From contig JARRQT010000002.1 in NCBI GenBank assembly GCA_037381445.1, positions 1-37,049 on the forward strand: 37,049 nucleotides of DNA, in the 5' to 3' direction. Below, one piece after another: positions 1-9,505 of the stretch. This stretch comes from Calditrichia bacterium (GTDB lineage Bacteria; Calditrichota; Calditrichia; RBG-13-44-9). Position 1 is the first letter of the stretch, and each line of letters starts with the position of its first letter. The notes below the pieces were generated by a model. That model was not told the origin of the DNA. It did no database searches and saw only the letters and a list, made by a program, of their open reading frames with translations. A program made the position numbers and the translations under genes.

Positions 1-702
1 TCCAGCATTTTATTCAGGATTTCAGGAATCTTAAACATATTCCGGGATTCATCTTCGGTGCATTTCTCATATGCTGTCTGCGCCACATGGGCCAGGGTAT
101 CCAGTCCCACCAGATCCGCCGTGCGGAAAGTCGCGCTCTTCGCATGCCCGATGGCCGGTCCGGTGAGTTTATCAACTTCTTCCACGGTGAGATGCATATC
201 TTTGGTGAGCTGAAGAGCCAGCAGCATGCTGTAAACGCCGATGCGGTTCGCAACAAAATTCGGGGTGTCTTTGCCGTAAACGATACCTTTTCCCAGAAGA
301 TTTTCGCCAATGGCAACCATGCCGTTGAGGATTTCCGGCAAAGTCTCCTGGCCGGGAATTACTTCCAGCAGGTGCATGTAGCGGGGCGGGTTGAAGAAGT
401 GGGTGACCAGGAACCGTTTTCGCAAATCCTGCGGCATATCTTCCATCATGTCGCTCAGGGAAAGACCCGAGGTATTTGAGCTCACAATAGCGTGCGGTTT
501 GATATGGGGAAGGATCCTTTTAAAAACCTGCCTTTTGATATCCAGGCGTTCCACAACTACTTCGATAATCCAGTCGGCCTCTTTCAGCCGTTCGATTATC
601 AAAAACCAGTGAATGAATTCCCACATTGGCCAGTTGAGCTGCAATCTGGCTTCCCATGATTCCGGCGCCCAGGACGGCAACTTTTTCGATTTTATTCTGC
701 AT
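1..702 (-). pseudogene. fadN: 3-hydroxyacyl-CoA dehydrogenase (FadN-like), frameshifted with internal deletion near 597; runs off window start
   Basis: Starts [35 protein letters not shown] (Rossmann GxGxxG). After TTT GAT A the homologous sequence continues in another frame from 596: [25 protein letters not shown]...SSNTSGL...THFFNPPRYMHLLE...KDTPNFVANRIG...TFRTADLVGLDT. Lies directly downstream of the thiolase. May be an assembly artefact. Confidence 0.8.
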
Positions 703-716
703 TCTTCAGCCCTCCT

Positions 717-1856
717 TTACATGCGCTCAATAATGGTTGCAATACCCTGTCCGCCGCCGATGCACATGGTGGCCAGCCCCAGTGTGGCATCTTTTTGTTC
801 CATCACGTTCAGCAGGGTGAGCAATATGCGCGATCCCGAGCAGCCCAGCGGATGTCCCAGTGCCACCGCCCCGCCGTTCAGGTTTACTTTATCCATCGGC
901 CAACCGCCTTTGCGGATAACGTAGAGCGACTGCGCCGCAAAGGCCTCGTTCAGCTCTATCGCATCGATGTCTTTGATGGTCAGCTTGGCGCGCTTCAGTG
1001 CTTTCTCGGTGGCCGGAAGGGGCCCCATACCCATACGGGTCCAATCGACACCGGCTACGCCGCGGGAAATGATACGGGCCCTCGGCTTCAAACCCAGTTC
1101 CTTCGCCAGATTGATGCTGGTCAGCAGGATAGCCGCTGCCCCGAACGAATAGGGACTGCTGGTGGCGGCAGTCACGGTTCCGTTTTCGACAAATGCCGGC
1201 TTCAGGCTGCGGATTTTTTCCAGATCCGGTTCCCGCGGTCCTTCATCCATTTCAATCATGCGACCATTGTTTTCCACCGGAATGACCTCGTTTTTAAAGC
1301 GGCTGTTTTTCCAGGCATCCAGCGCCTTACGGTGACTGTTTACGGCGAATTCTTCCTGATCCTCCCGGGAAATATTCCCGTCTTTGGCAAGATTTTCGGC
1401 GGTTTCTCCCATACTGATATAATACTGCTTTTTGTATAATACCGGATTGAAATCCGGATTAAAGCCGCCCATGGGGACGGAAAACATATCTTCCACGCCG
1501 CCGGCGAACCCCGCTTCATTATCACCCATATTGATAGCATAATCAACCTGGTGGACGGCATCCATAGAGGATCCGCAGAAACGGTTGACCACTTTGCCGC
1601 CTGTCTCCTTGGGCAGTCCGGCAAGAATGGAGACGCCGCGGGCCATCAGCATGCCCTGCACCCCTTCCGGAAAAGCGCATCCGATTACCACATCATCAAT
1701 TTTATCCGGAGGGAGTTTCTTGTTGCGCTCCAGCAAACCCTTTATCACATGCGCCATCAAATCATCGGCCCGGATACCATGCATGTGACCGCGTTTAACA
1801 CCAATGGGGCTTCGCAGCCCATCAACAATGACAGAATAATGATCTTCGGTATGCAT
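717..1856 (-). CDS. fadA: acetyl-CoA C-acyltransferase (3-ketoacyl-CoA thiolase)
   Basis: 379 aa with thiolase motifs NRFCGSS (catalytic Cys), NEAFA, GGAVALGHPLG and TMCIGGGQG. Confidence 0.95.
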   Translation of the reverse strand: MHTEDHYSVIVDGLRSPIGVKRGHMHGIRADDLMAHVIKGLLERNKKLPPDKIDDVVIGCAFPEGVQGMLMARGVSILAGLPKETGGKVVNRFCGSSMDAVHQVDYAINMGDNEAGFAGGVEDMFSVPMGGFNPDFNPVLYKKQYYISMGETAENLAKDGNISREDQEEFAVNSHRKALDAWKNSRFKNEVIPVENNGRMIEMDEGPREPDLEKIRSLKPAFVENGTVTAATSSPYSFGAAAILLTSINLAKELGLKPRARIISRGVAGVDWTRMGMGPLPATEKALKRAKLTIKDIDAIELNEAFAAQSLYVIRKGGWPMDKVNLNGGAVALGHPLGCSGSRILLTLLNVMEQKDATLGLATMCIGGGQGIATIIERM

Positions 1857-2078
1857 TATCTGTTCTCCTAATTTTTATTGTTCTTTAACGCTTGTTTTTT
1901 GAAAGCATCTTGAATATGAATTACCGAAGTGAAGAACTCATGAAGAAATTTTCATTATTAACGCAAATGCGACAAATTTGCCAGAGTTTGATTTGAACGG
2001 ACTCGACTGCCACGTTGTTCAGTGCCCTTTCTGCCAGGATGACAATTTCGTTAATCCATAGTGATAGCTGAAACCGGA

Positions 2079-3845
2079 TCAGAAAGGATATTTCTTCTCA
2101 TTATAAATGAAATCGGCAATTTCCTTTTTCAGCGTGATGACATCGGTTCTCAGATACATCTCGTCTTCCAGCTTGCGGACATCCTGCAAGGCTCTTTCCA
2201 GCAAATCATTCTGCAGCAGATTATTGATGGCTTTCCGGGCCAGCATGTGCATTTCCATTGTTATTTCCGCCGCCAGCACTTTCCCGATAGCCAGCAAAAA
2301 CCGCGCGTGGCCACTGGATTTGATCGTCTGGCTGATACGGGCCAGGGAGGTCTGAAGCACAAAAATATTGCTTATCATATCGCTGAGCAGTTCTCCGACC
2401 TGCTGTTCATTTAAAAGGTCCTGTCCATATCGGATGAGCGCTTCATTAAGAACATACAAGGTCAGGTATTTTGAAATTTCCAGCGAGCGTTTTTCGGCAG
2501 CCAGAACATCATTGCCGAAAGAAGGAATATCTCCCAGTTCCGCCGCTGTAATTTCCCGGATTTTTTCGCGAATCGGCAATTCTTCCAGGATAGTCTTTTT
2601 AATAATATATCCCAAAATAATCTGACGATTGATTTCATTGGTCCCTTCGTAAATGCGGTCCACCCGCGTATCCCGGATTCGCCGGGCCATGGGATAATCT
2701 TCAATAACGCCGTAGCCGCCGAAAATCTGCAGGCCGTCGTCGGCGCTTTGCCAGTGGGCCTCACTTCCGTACACTTTGCAGATCGAACATTCAATTGCAA
2801 ATTTTTCAATGGCGTTGGCGACTTCCTGGTAATAATTTGTAGAAGCGGTATCGACTGCGGCAATGGATTTGTCCAGCAGTCCGGCGGTTTCATAAACGAT
2901 GCTTTCCAGGGAATAGGCACGGGTCGCCATATCCGCAAATTTTCTTTTAATGGCGTCAAATTTTGTGATGGATTGGCCGAATTGCCTGCGGCTGAGAGCA
3001 TAATCCACGGATTCGTGGATGACGTTTTTACATCCGCCAAGAACGGCGGCGCCAAGTTTAAAACGGCCGATGTTGAGACTATTAAAAGCGATATCCGCGC
3101 CTCCGCTGATGGCGCCCAAAACATTCTCAACAGGGACTTTCACATTTTCCAGCATAACATTACAGGTGGATGAGCCGTGCAGCCCCAGCTTATTTTTTTC
3201 TTCATTACGGATAACGCCAGCACTTTTGGGATCGATAATGAACCCGGTAAGCTTTACTCCGTCTATCTTGGCGAATGTAATAAGGATATCAGCCCATCCG
3301 CCATTGGAAATGAATTGCTTGTTACCGTTAAGGATATAATATTTTTTATCCTCTGAGAGTTTGGCGGACGTTCGGATGGAAAGCGCGTCCGAACCTGAAT
3401 TGGGTTCGGTTAATGCATAAGCGCTGAGCCACTCACCACTTGCCAGTTTAGGCAGGTATTTTGACTTTTGCTCCTCGGTGCCAAAATAGACGATAGGCAG
3501 CGTGCCAATGCCGGTGTGCGCAGAAAATGTGACCGTAAAAGACTCACTGCCGCCGTTGGTGATTTTTTCAACCAGCAGGGCAGAGGTCACTTTATCCTGC
3601 GCGACACCGCCGTATTGTTCGGGAACATCGGCGCCCAGCAGACCGATTTCCCCGCTGCGGCGCATGAGCTGCAGACTCAATTCCTCGTTAAATTCCTCGA
3701 TTTTGTCCCGCTGAGGATAAATTTCATTCGTGGCAAATTCAAAGGCCGCCTTGCCAAATTCCTGTTGAATTTCCGAAAAAGATTCTACGCAGAACACCGA
3801 TTCTTTATCGATTTTTGTGGTCAGAAATGAACCGCCTGTCAACAT
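2079..3845 (-). CDS. fadE: acyl-CoA dehydrogenase (long FadE/VLCAD-like, with C-terminal extension)
   Basis: 588 aa; AYALTEPNSGSDA, NGNKQFISNGG, KLGLHGSST, LNIGR, RRQFG, QIFGGYG, RIYEGTNEINR; GGAGG RBS upstream. Confidence 0.92.
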   Translation of the reverse strand: MLTGGSFLTTKIDKESVFCVESFSEIQQEFGKAAFEFATNEIYPQRDKIEEFNEELSLQLMRRSGEIGLLGADVPEQYGGVAQDKVTSALLVEKITNGGSESFTVTFSAHTGIGTLPIVYFGTEEQKSKYLPKLASGEWLSAYALTEPNSGSDALSIRTSAKLSEDKKYYILNGNKQFISNGGWADILITFAKIDGVKLTGFIIDPKSAGVIRNEEKNKLGLHGSSTCNVMLENVKVPVENVLGAISGGADIAFNSLNIGRFKLGAAVLGGCKNVIHESVDYALSRRQFGQSITKFDAIKRKFADMATRAYSLESIVYETAGLLDKSIAAVDTASTNYYQEVANAIEKFAIECSICKVYGSEAHWQSADDGLQIFGGYGVIEDYPMARRIRDTRVDRIYEGTNEINRQIILGYIIKKTILEELPIREKIREITAAELGDIPSFGNDVLAAEKRSLEISKYLTLYVLNEALIRYGQDLLNEQQVGELLSDMISNIFVLQTSLARISQTIKSSGHARFLLAIGKVLAAEITMEMHMLARKAINNLLQNDLLERALQDVRKLEDEMYLRTDVITLKKEIADFIYNEKKYPF

Positions 3846-4358
3846 CTTGCCTCCGTTTTTTTATAATTCATTTCAAAATTTTATGGTCTATGCCGGAAAC
3901 GCCGAAATACAGATTGTATTACATTGAATTTAATACACTTAAAGGTGCTGCTAGAAGCATGGTTGGATCGGATTAGGCGCAGGATCCAATATTATGTAAT
4001 CTTTAAAACATTTTTTATATGTTTGAAGCCAAAGATAGTTCATTTGGGTGCATATGAGAAACTCACCGCCTAATATTAAGAAAATTAAAAAGATAATTCA
4101 AATTAAATGCGAAAGATAGATCCGGCATTTCCGAGAATTTGGAATCATTTTGGAGCCCCATCTTCTTAATCATTGCATTTGTTCTATTTGATTCGGATCT
4201 TGAATGGTATATTTTCCGCATCGAAATCCTGTTTTCCTCATAAGGCTAAGAGATGCGATTGCAGACTATCTGACAATACAAAAAATATTGATTTTACCCG
4301 CTGTATGCCATAAGTTTTGGCGTTTAAAGAATTAAGAAAGGTAAATGATTTATTCGGC

Positions 4359-5801
4359 ATGCAAAATAAACCAAGACTGCTTCTCATCAATCCCTGGATT
4401 TATGACTTCACCGCTTTCGATTTGTGGAGTAAGCCCATGGGGCTGCTCTACATTGCTGCCTATCTCCGAAAGTCTGGATACCAGATAGATTTTATTGATT
4501 GCATGGACAAGTATCATCCGGAGCTGCTGCAGCGGCAGAAGCGGCCATATCCAAAGCTGAAAAAATTCGGGACCGGTCCCTTTCACCGTGAAATTGTGAA
4601 TAAGCCGGAAATTCTCAATTTTATTCCCAGACATTATTCACGGTATGGAATGCCGGAAGATATTTTTATCCGGTCTCTGCAGCGGCTTTCCAAACCGGAT
4701 GCCATATTATTAACCTCTCATATGACTTATTGGTATCCCGGTCCGCGACGCGCCGCGGAACTCGTCCGCGAATTATTTCCGGGTGTACCGCTTATTCTGG
4801 GAGGAATTTACGCAACCCTAATGCCGGATCATGCCCGCCGGATAATTGCGCCCAATTACCTGATTGAGGGACCGGGAGAGCTTCAAATAGCCTGGCTGCT
4901 CTCTGAAATTCTTCCCGAAGCGACCCAAAGCATTGAACCGCTCGCGGCACTGGATGATTTTCCGGCTCCGGCCTTCGATCTCTACTCCCATCTGGACTAC
5001 CTGGTAATCATGACTTCGCGGGGATGTCCATACCATTGCACATTCTGCGCCACGGATAAAATCAGCGGCACCTTTGCCCAGCGAAAGCCCGACTATGTAA
5101 CCGAAGAAATTCTGCAATATACCCATCGGTTTCATGTACGCGATGTGGCATTTTATGACGATGCCCTGCTGATCAACAAAAAAAGAAGGCTGTTTCCAAT
5201 ACTTGAAAGTCTGAATAAAGTAAGAACCAATTTCCGGTTCCACACGCCAAACGGGCTGCATGCCCGGGAAATTGATGAGGAAACGGCGCAGTTGTTTTTC
5301 CGAAGCGGCTTCACCACCATAAGACTCAGTTTCGAATCTGTGAGCCCGGACCGGCTGGAGGACATGAAAAACAAGGTCACGCCCAATGATCTGGAGACGG
5401 CAGCCGAAAATCTTGAGCGGGTAGGCTACCGGAGGAAAATGCTGGAAGCCTATGTTCTTATGGGATTGCCGGATCAGCCTGTGGAAGAAATATATCAGAG
5501 TATTCTGTTTGTGCATTCCCTGGGCATGAAGGTAAGGCTGGCATCATTTTCTCCCATTCCGGGAACCATTGACTTTGACCGGGCGGTGAACAGGGGACTA
5601 TTTCCCGCCGATGCTGATCCGCTTTTGATGAATAAAACCATCTATCCGCTTTACCGCACAACGGCGTTTTACCGGAAATTCCACTCCATTCGCCAGTTCA
5701 CTAATGTTTTGAATCAGGGTATTGAGCGCGAAGTGAATATGCTGGGTCAATCCGAACTGCGCAGCGCCTGGCAAAAAATGATTGCCCGTATGGATTCATG
5801 A
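4359..5801 (+). CDS. cobalamin-binding-domain radical SAM protein
   Basis: SRGCPYHCTFC (CxxxCxxC). N-terminal B12-binding-like region (PMGLLYIAAYL...LILGGIYATL). ATG 4359 preferred over TTG 4317. Confidence 0.85.
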   Translation: MQNKPRLLLINPWIYDFTAFDLWSKPMGLLYIAAYLRKSGYQIDFIDCMDKYHPELLQRQKRPYPKLKKFGTGPFHREIVNKPEILNFIPRHYSRYGMPEDIFIRSLQRLSKPDAILLTSHMTYWYPGPRRAAELVRELFPGVPLILGGIYATLMPDHARRIIAPNYLIEGPGELQIAWLLSEILPEATQSIEPLAALDDFPAPAFDLYSHLDYLVIMTSRGCPYHCTFCATDKISGTFAQRKPDYVTEEILQYTHRFHVRDVAFYDDALLINKKRRLFPILESLNKVRTNFRFHTPNGLHAREIDEETAQLFFRSGFTTIRLSFESVSPDRLEDMKNKVTPNDLETAAENLERVGYRRKMLEAYVLMGLPDQPVEEIYQSILFVHSLGMKVRLASFSPIPGTIDFDRAVNRGLFPADADPLLMNKTIYPLYRTTAFYRKFHSIRQFTNVLNQGIEREVNMLGQSELRSAWQKMIARMDS

Positions 5802-6042
5802 TTCTTCATCGCAGCTTATTACAGGAAATTTCGTTGGGTGATATTTCCGGGAGTAAATGGGTTGACGGATGCGGATGTATTCCTCTCTCGAAACAAAATC
5901 AGTGTTATACCATTAAAATAGCATGCATTTTATAAGATATTTTGTTCTTAAATTTAATCTCAATTTTTAAGTCAGAAAATTTTATTACTGGAAATGGAAT
6001 TTATGTGCTTTCCGGTCTTCAAAAAACTAAAAGGGGAAATCT

Positions 6043-7320
6043 ATGACGAATGTTGTCACCATCATTCTGGCAGGCGGTCAGGGAACGCGCTTATATCCGC
6101 TAACAAAATTGCGCAGCAAACCTGCTGTCCCCATTGCTGGCAAATTCCGCTTGATCGATATACCCATCAGCAACTGCATTCATTCCGGTTTGAGAAAAAT
6201 CTTCATATCAACCCAATTCAGCAGTGAATCGCTGCACCGGCACATTTTTTTAACCTATCGTTTCGACAGTTTCAGCAAGGACTTTGTGACCATCCTGTCG
6301 GCGGAGCAGACGCTGGAAAATCGCAACTGGTATCAGGGAACAGCCGATGCGGTCCGCCAGAATCTTCGTTTTTTGCGCAGCGAAGGCGATCTGGTGCTGA
6401 TTTTGTCCGGAGATCACCTTTACCACATGGATTATCGGAAATTCATCGAATTTCATCTGAAAAAGAAAGCGGATATCAGCATTTCGGTATATCCGGTGCG
6501 ATACGATCAGGCGCCTGAGTTTGGAGTGATGAATGTGGATAAAACCGGACGGATTCTGAAATTTTTCGAGAAGCCAAAAACTCCGCCCGATCTGGATAAA
6601 ATGGTTGTTCCGAAAGAGGCCTTCAAGGAATTTAATATTGATGCCGCCGGCCGGACCCATCTGGCGTCTATGGGCATTTATCTTTTTAACTGGGAAGTTT
6701 TGAAAGAATTGCTCGAAACCAATGAACATCAGGATTTTGGAAAAGAAGTGATTCCGGAGGCGATAAAGACCAAAAAGGTATTTGGATATTTCTTTGACGG
6801 TTACTGGGAGGATATCGGGACCATCCGCAGCTTTTTTGAGGCCCATCTGGATCTGACCGCGCCGCTCCCCAGATTTAATTTTTATGATGAAGATAAGCCG
6901 ATCTTCACCCATGGCCGTTTTTTGCCGGGATCAAAAATTCTCAACGCCGAGGTCAACAATTCGATTTTATGCGACGGGAGCGTCATTAATCAATCAAATA
7001 TTTCGCAATCCATTGTTGGGGTCCGTTCCTGTATTGGGGAAAACTCTATTCTGGATAAGGTGGTCATGCTTGGTGCGGATAAATTTGAATCCACCTCGGA
7101 AATCGAGCGAAATAAGGAAAATGATGTTCCGAACATTGGAATTGGAAATAATTGTGAAATCAGGAGTGCTATCATAGACAAGAATGCGCGGATTGGTCAT
7201 AATGTAAAACTGATAAACGCAAGAGGGATCCAGGAAGAAGAAACTGAAAATTATGTCATCCGGAACGGAATCATCGTCGTACCGAAAAATGCGGTTATCC
7301 AAAACGGAACGGTCATCTGA
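6043..7320 (+). CDS. glgC: glucose-1-phosphate adenylyltransferase
   Basis: ILAGGQGTRLYPLT, KPAVP, WYQGTADAV, LSGDHLY, FFEKP, ASMGIY, DFGKEVIP, YWEDIGT, C-terminal beta-helix. Confidence 0.97.
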   Translation: MTNVVTIILAGGQGTRLYPLTKLRSKPAVPIAGKFRLIDIPISNCIHSGLRKIFISTQFSSESLHRHIFLTYRFDSFSKDFVTILSAEQTLENRNWYQGTADAVRQNLRFLRSEGDLVLILSGDHLYHMDYRKFIEFHLKKKADISISVYPVRYDQAPEFGVMNVDKTGRILKFFEKPKTPPDLDKMVVPKEAFKEFNIDAAGRTHLASMGIYLFNWEVLKELLETNEHQDFGKEVIPEAIKTKKVFGYFFDGYWEDIGTIRSFFEAHLDLTAPLPRFNFYDEDKPIFTHGRFLPGSKILNAEVNNSILCDGSVINQSNISQSIVGVRSCIGENSILDKVVMLGADKFESTSEIERNKENDVPNIGIGNNCEIRSAIIDKNARIGHNVKLINARGIQEEETENYVIRNGIIVVPKNAVIQNGTVI

Positions 7321-7345
7321 AAGACCGGAGGATAAGTTTTCATAG

Positions 7346-7969
7346 ATGAAAAAATTAGCGCCGGAAGAGATTGATTTCTCGGACAAACTGGCCACCGAAT
7401 TCTACAGCCGTCCTACTCGTCTGGTTGCCCGCGATTTATTGGGAAAGGTCCTGATCAGGTGCGTCAACAACGAATTTCTGGGTGGAATGATTGTCGAAAC
7501 AGAAGCGTATCTGGGAGAAGCCGATGCGGCCAGTCATGCCGCAAGGGGAATCACTCCCCGGAACAGGGTTATGTATGGCCCTCCGGGCACTGCATATATT
7601 TATTTTATTTATGGAATGTATAACTGCCTGAATTTCGTAACTGAGCCCGAAGGCCACCCAGCCGCGGTTTTGATTCGTGCTCTTGAACCGTTATTTGGTA
7701 TACAGATGATGCAAAAATTGCGAGCTGTAGCCAGCGTCCGGCAACTCACTTCAGGGCCCGGAAAGCTGTGTCAGGCACTGGCGATTAACCGCACGCTGAA
7801 CAATGAAGATCTGACAGGTGAAAATCTCTTTGTAGTTCATGGCGCGAAAATTTCCCCCAAACAAATTGAAAAATCTGCCCGTTTGGGAATAAAGGTCGCC
7901 ACTGAATTTCACTGGCGTTATTATATCAAGGATAATCCCCATGTTTCCGGAAAACCTGTCAAAAAATAA
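7346..7969 (+). CDS. mpg: DNA-3-methyladenine glycosylase (MPG/AAG family)
   Basis: IVETEAYLG, YIYFIYGMYNCLN, AVLIRALEP, SGPGKLCQAL; GGAGG RBS. Confidence 0.93.
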   Translation: MKKLAPEEIDFSDKLATEFYSRPTRLVARDLLGKVLIRCVNNEFLGGMIVETEAYLGEADAASHAARGITPRNRVMYGPPGTAYIYFIYGMYNCLNFVTEPEGHPAAVLIRALEPLFGIQMMQKLRAVASVRQLTSGPGKLCQALAINRTLNNEDLTGENLFVVHGAKISPKQIEKSARLGIKVATEFHWRYYIKDNPHVSGKPVKK

Positions 7970-8088
7970 GACCCCGCTTTTCCATAAATTGAACATATGT
8001 TGAAAACCGTCCGGTATTTTTGTCAAAAAATAAAAAGTATTGTGGAAAAATTTGCTGATATATTATTATATTTCGCCTCGATTAAAAA

Positions 8089-8994
8089 ATGCAGAAAATT
8101 AATAAAATAATTGGGATGGAAAACGGCAGATTTTACTTGTTGAACAGATTTCGGGCTTATGACTGGCTTACGATTGGCTATATCGTCGTATGGGTTTTTC
8201 TGATTGCATTCTTTTTCTCCAGAATACAGTATGCCGGATTATTTTTATCTTTTCATATCGTCGCTGTTTTGCTATCTCTTTTGCTGGCCGGGTTGCAACC
8301 CGAATTTTCTCTCCTAAAGATTGTCCAGCGCTGGTATCCGGTGTTCCTTTTGCCGCTGTTTTTTATGGAACTCCACTATCTGATTCCGGCCATTCGTCCC
8401 GGCGATTTTGACAGCCTGCTAATAAAACTTGATTTTCTGTTAACCGGCACCTATCCGACTGTGTGGATGGAACATTTTTATTATACCTGGCTGACCGAAA
8501 TACTGCAGCTGTCATATTCCACATTTTATTTTTTACCGCTGCTGGTCCTCATCCCCCTTTACAAACGGAAGGACACCCAAAAATTCGACAGGGTTGGTTT
8601 TATGATTTTGCTGTCGTTTTACCTGTCATACCTGGGATATTTGATTCTTCCGGCGCTGGGACCGCGCTATTATTTGGCTAATCTGCAGACGGTTCCGCTC
8701 GACGGCAACGGCATTTTCTACACCATAAATTCGACGCTCAATGGCCTGGAAAACATTCAATGGGATGCCTTCCCCAGCGGACATGTGGCGGTCGCGCTGG
8801 TTTTTGCCTATTTTGCCTTCAAATTTGTACGAAAGACATTCTACCTTATGTTTCCCGTTGTAGTGATGCTAATTATTTCAACTGTTTATCTCAGGTATCA
8901 CTATGCGATTGATGTCTTCTCAGGATTCCTTTTATTTGGGATAGTCATTCTGGTAGATAAGATGATGTACAAATCCCCGTCTCCTTCCAAATAA
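8089..8994 (+). CDS. PAP2-superfamily integral membrane phosphatase/phosphotransferase (Aur1/IPC-synthase-like)
   Basis: Multiple hydrophobic segments; PALGPRY, DAFPSGH, STVYLRYHYAIDV. Alternative start at 8116. Confidence 0.85.
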   Translation: MQKINKIIGMENGRFYLLNRFRAYDWLTIGYIVVWVFLIAFFFSRIQYAGLFLSFHIVAVLLSLLLAGLQPEFSLLKIVQRWYPVFLLPLFFMELHYLIPAIRPGDFDSLLIKLDFLLTGTYPTVWMEHFYYTWLTEILQLSYSTFYFLPLLVLIPLYKRKDTQKFDRVGFMILLSFYLSYLGYLILPALGPRYYLANLQTVPLDGNGIFYTINSTLNGLENIQWDAFPSGHVAVALVFAYFAFKFVRKTFYLMFPVVVMLIISTVYLRYHYAIDVFSGFLLFGIVILVDKMMYKSPSPSK

Positions 8995-9011
8995 ACTTTA
9001 TATATTTGATA

Positions 9012-9040
9012 TTGACAAATTCTTCACAAGCAATTAAATT
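9012..9040 (+). promoter_or_regulatory. sigma70-like promoter overlapping a Rex-like operator
   Basis: TTGACA (9012-9017), 17-bp spacer, TAAATT (9035-9040). 9012-9029 TTGACAAATTCTTCACAA matches TTGTGAA-N4-TTCACAA at 12 of 14 defined positions. Confidence 0.55.
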
Positions 9041-9163
9041 AGATTAAAATTACGGAAATATGATAAAGTTTGTTTAAAATATCATGAATGGAAAAGAATA
9101 TTCCACAGAATTTTTAAATGAAAGCAGCAAATAAAGAAGAATAATTAAAAATTTTGGCGAGAC

Positions 9164-9181
9164 ATGTTAAATAATTCCCAA
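9164..9181. promoter_or_regulatory. second Rex-like box
   Basis: ATGTTAA-ATAA-TTCCCAA, 11 of 14 matches to TTGTGAA-N4-TTCACAA. The region is AT-rich, so a chance match is possible. Confidence 0.35.
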
Positions 9182-9253
9182 AGATTTGTGCTTTAATGAA
9201 AAAATTAGTACCGGCAATAATAAATGAAGTAAAATTGCACAAGGAGTTAAGAA

Positions 9254-9451
9254 ATGGAACCTCACTCAAAAGTGAAACTACTTACCTTGAAGGAAGCGGC
9301 AGAATACCTGCGAATGCACAAAGGGAGCCTCTACCGGTTACTGGAAAGCGGAAAAATTGATATTCCGGCAATCAAACTCGGCGGAAAATGGCTGTTTAAT
9401 CTGGACAGCCTGAACCAATATCTAAAAGAGAAGGAGGAACGCAGAAATTAG
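9254..9451 (+). CDS. small excisionase-like helix-turn-helix (HTH_17) DNA-binding protein
   Basis: 65 aa LLTLKEAAEYLRMHKGSLYRLLESGKIDIPAIKLGGKWLF; AAGGAG RBS. Confidence 0.85.
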   Translation: MEPHSKVKLLTLKEAAEYLRMHKGSLYRLLESGKIDIPAIKLGGKWLFNLDSLNQYLKEKEERRN

Positions 9452-9505
9452 TTAAGATATCTTTGTTCTGACTGCATATTGTAAATCATAAGCATGGAAG
9501 GAAGT

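Noticed and set aside
14..479. ORFs 14-316 (-) and 87-479 (+)
   Set aside because: Alternative-frame or antisense shadows of the FadN-like coding frame.
795..3830. Long plus-strand and off-frame ORFs over fadA and fadE
   Set aside because: No motifs; explained by codon bias of the real minus-strand genes.
3846..4358. Possible cobalamin riboswitch before the B12 radical SAM gene (AAAGGTGC at about 3941) and short inverted repeats
   Set aside because: The following AxxGGGAA, GCCCCC and B12-box elements are absent; the inverted repeats are short and AT-rich.
9254..9451. Prophage or ICE implied by the excisionase-like gene
   Set aside because: No integrase, tRNA, att repeats or phage genes in the window.
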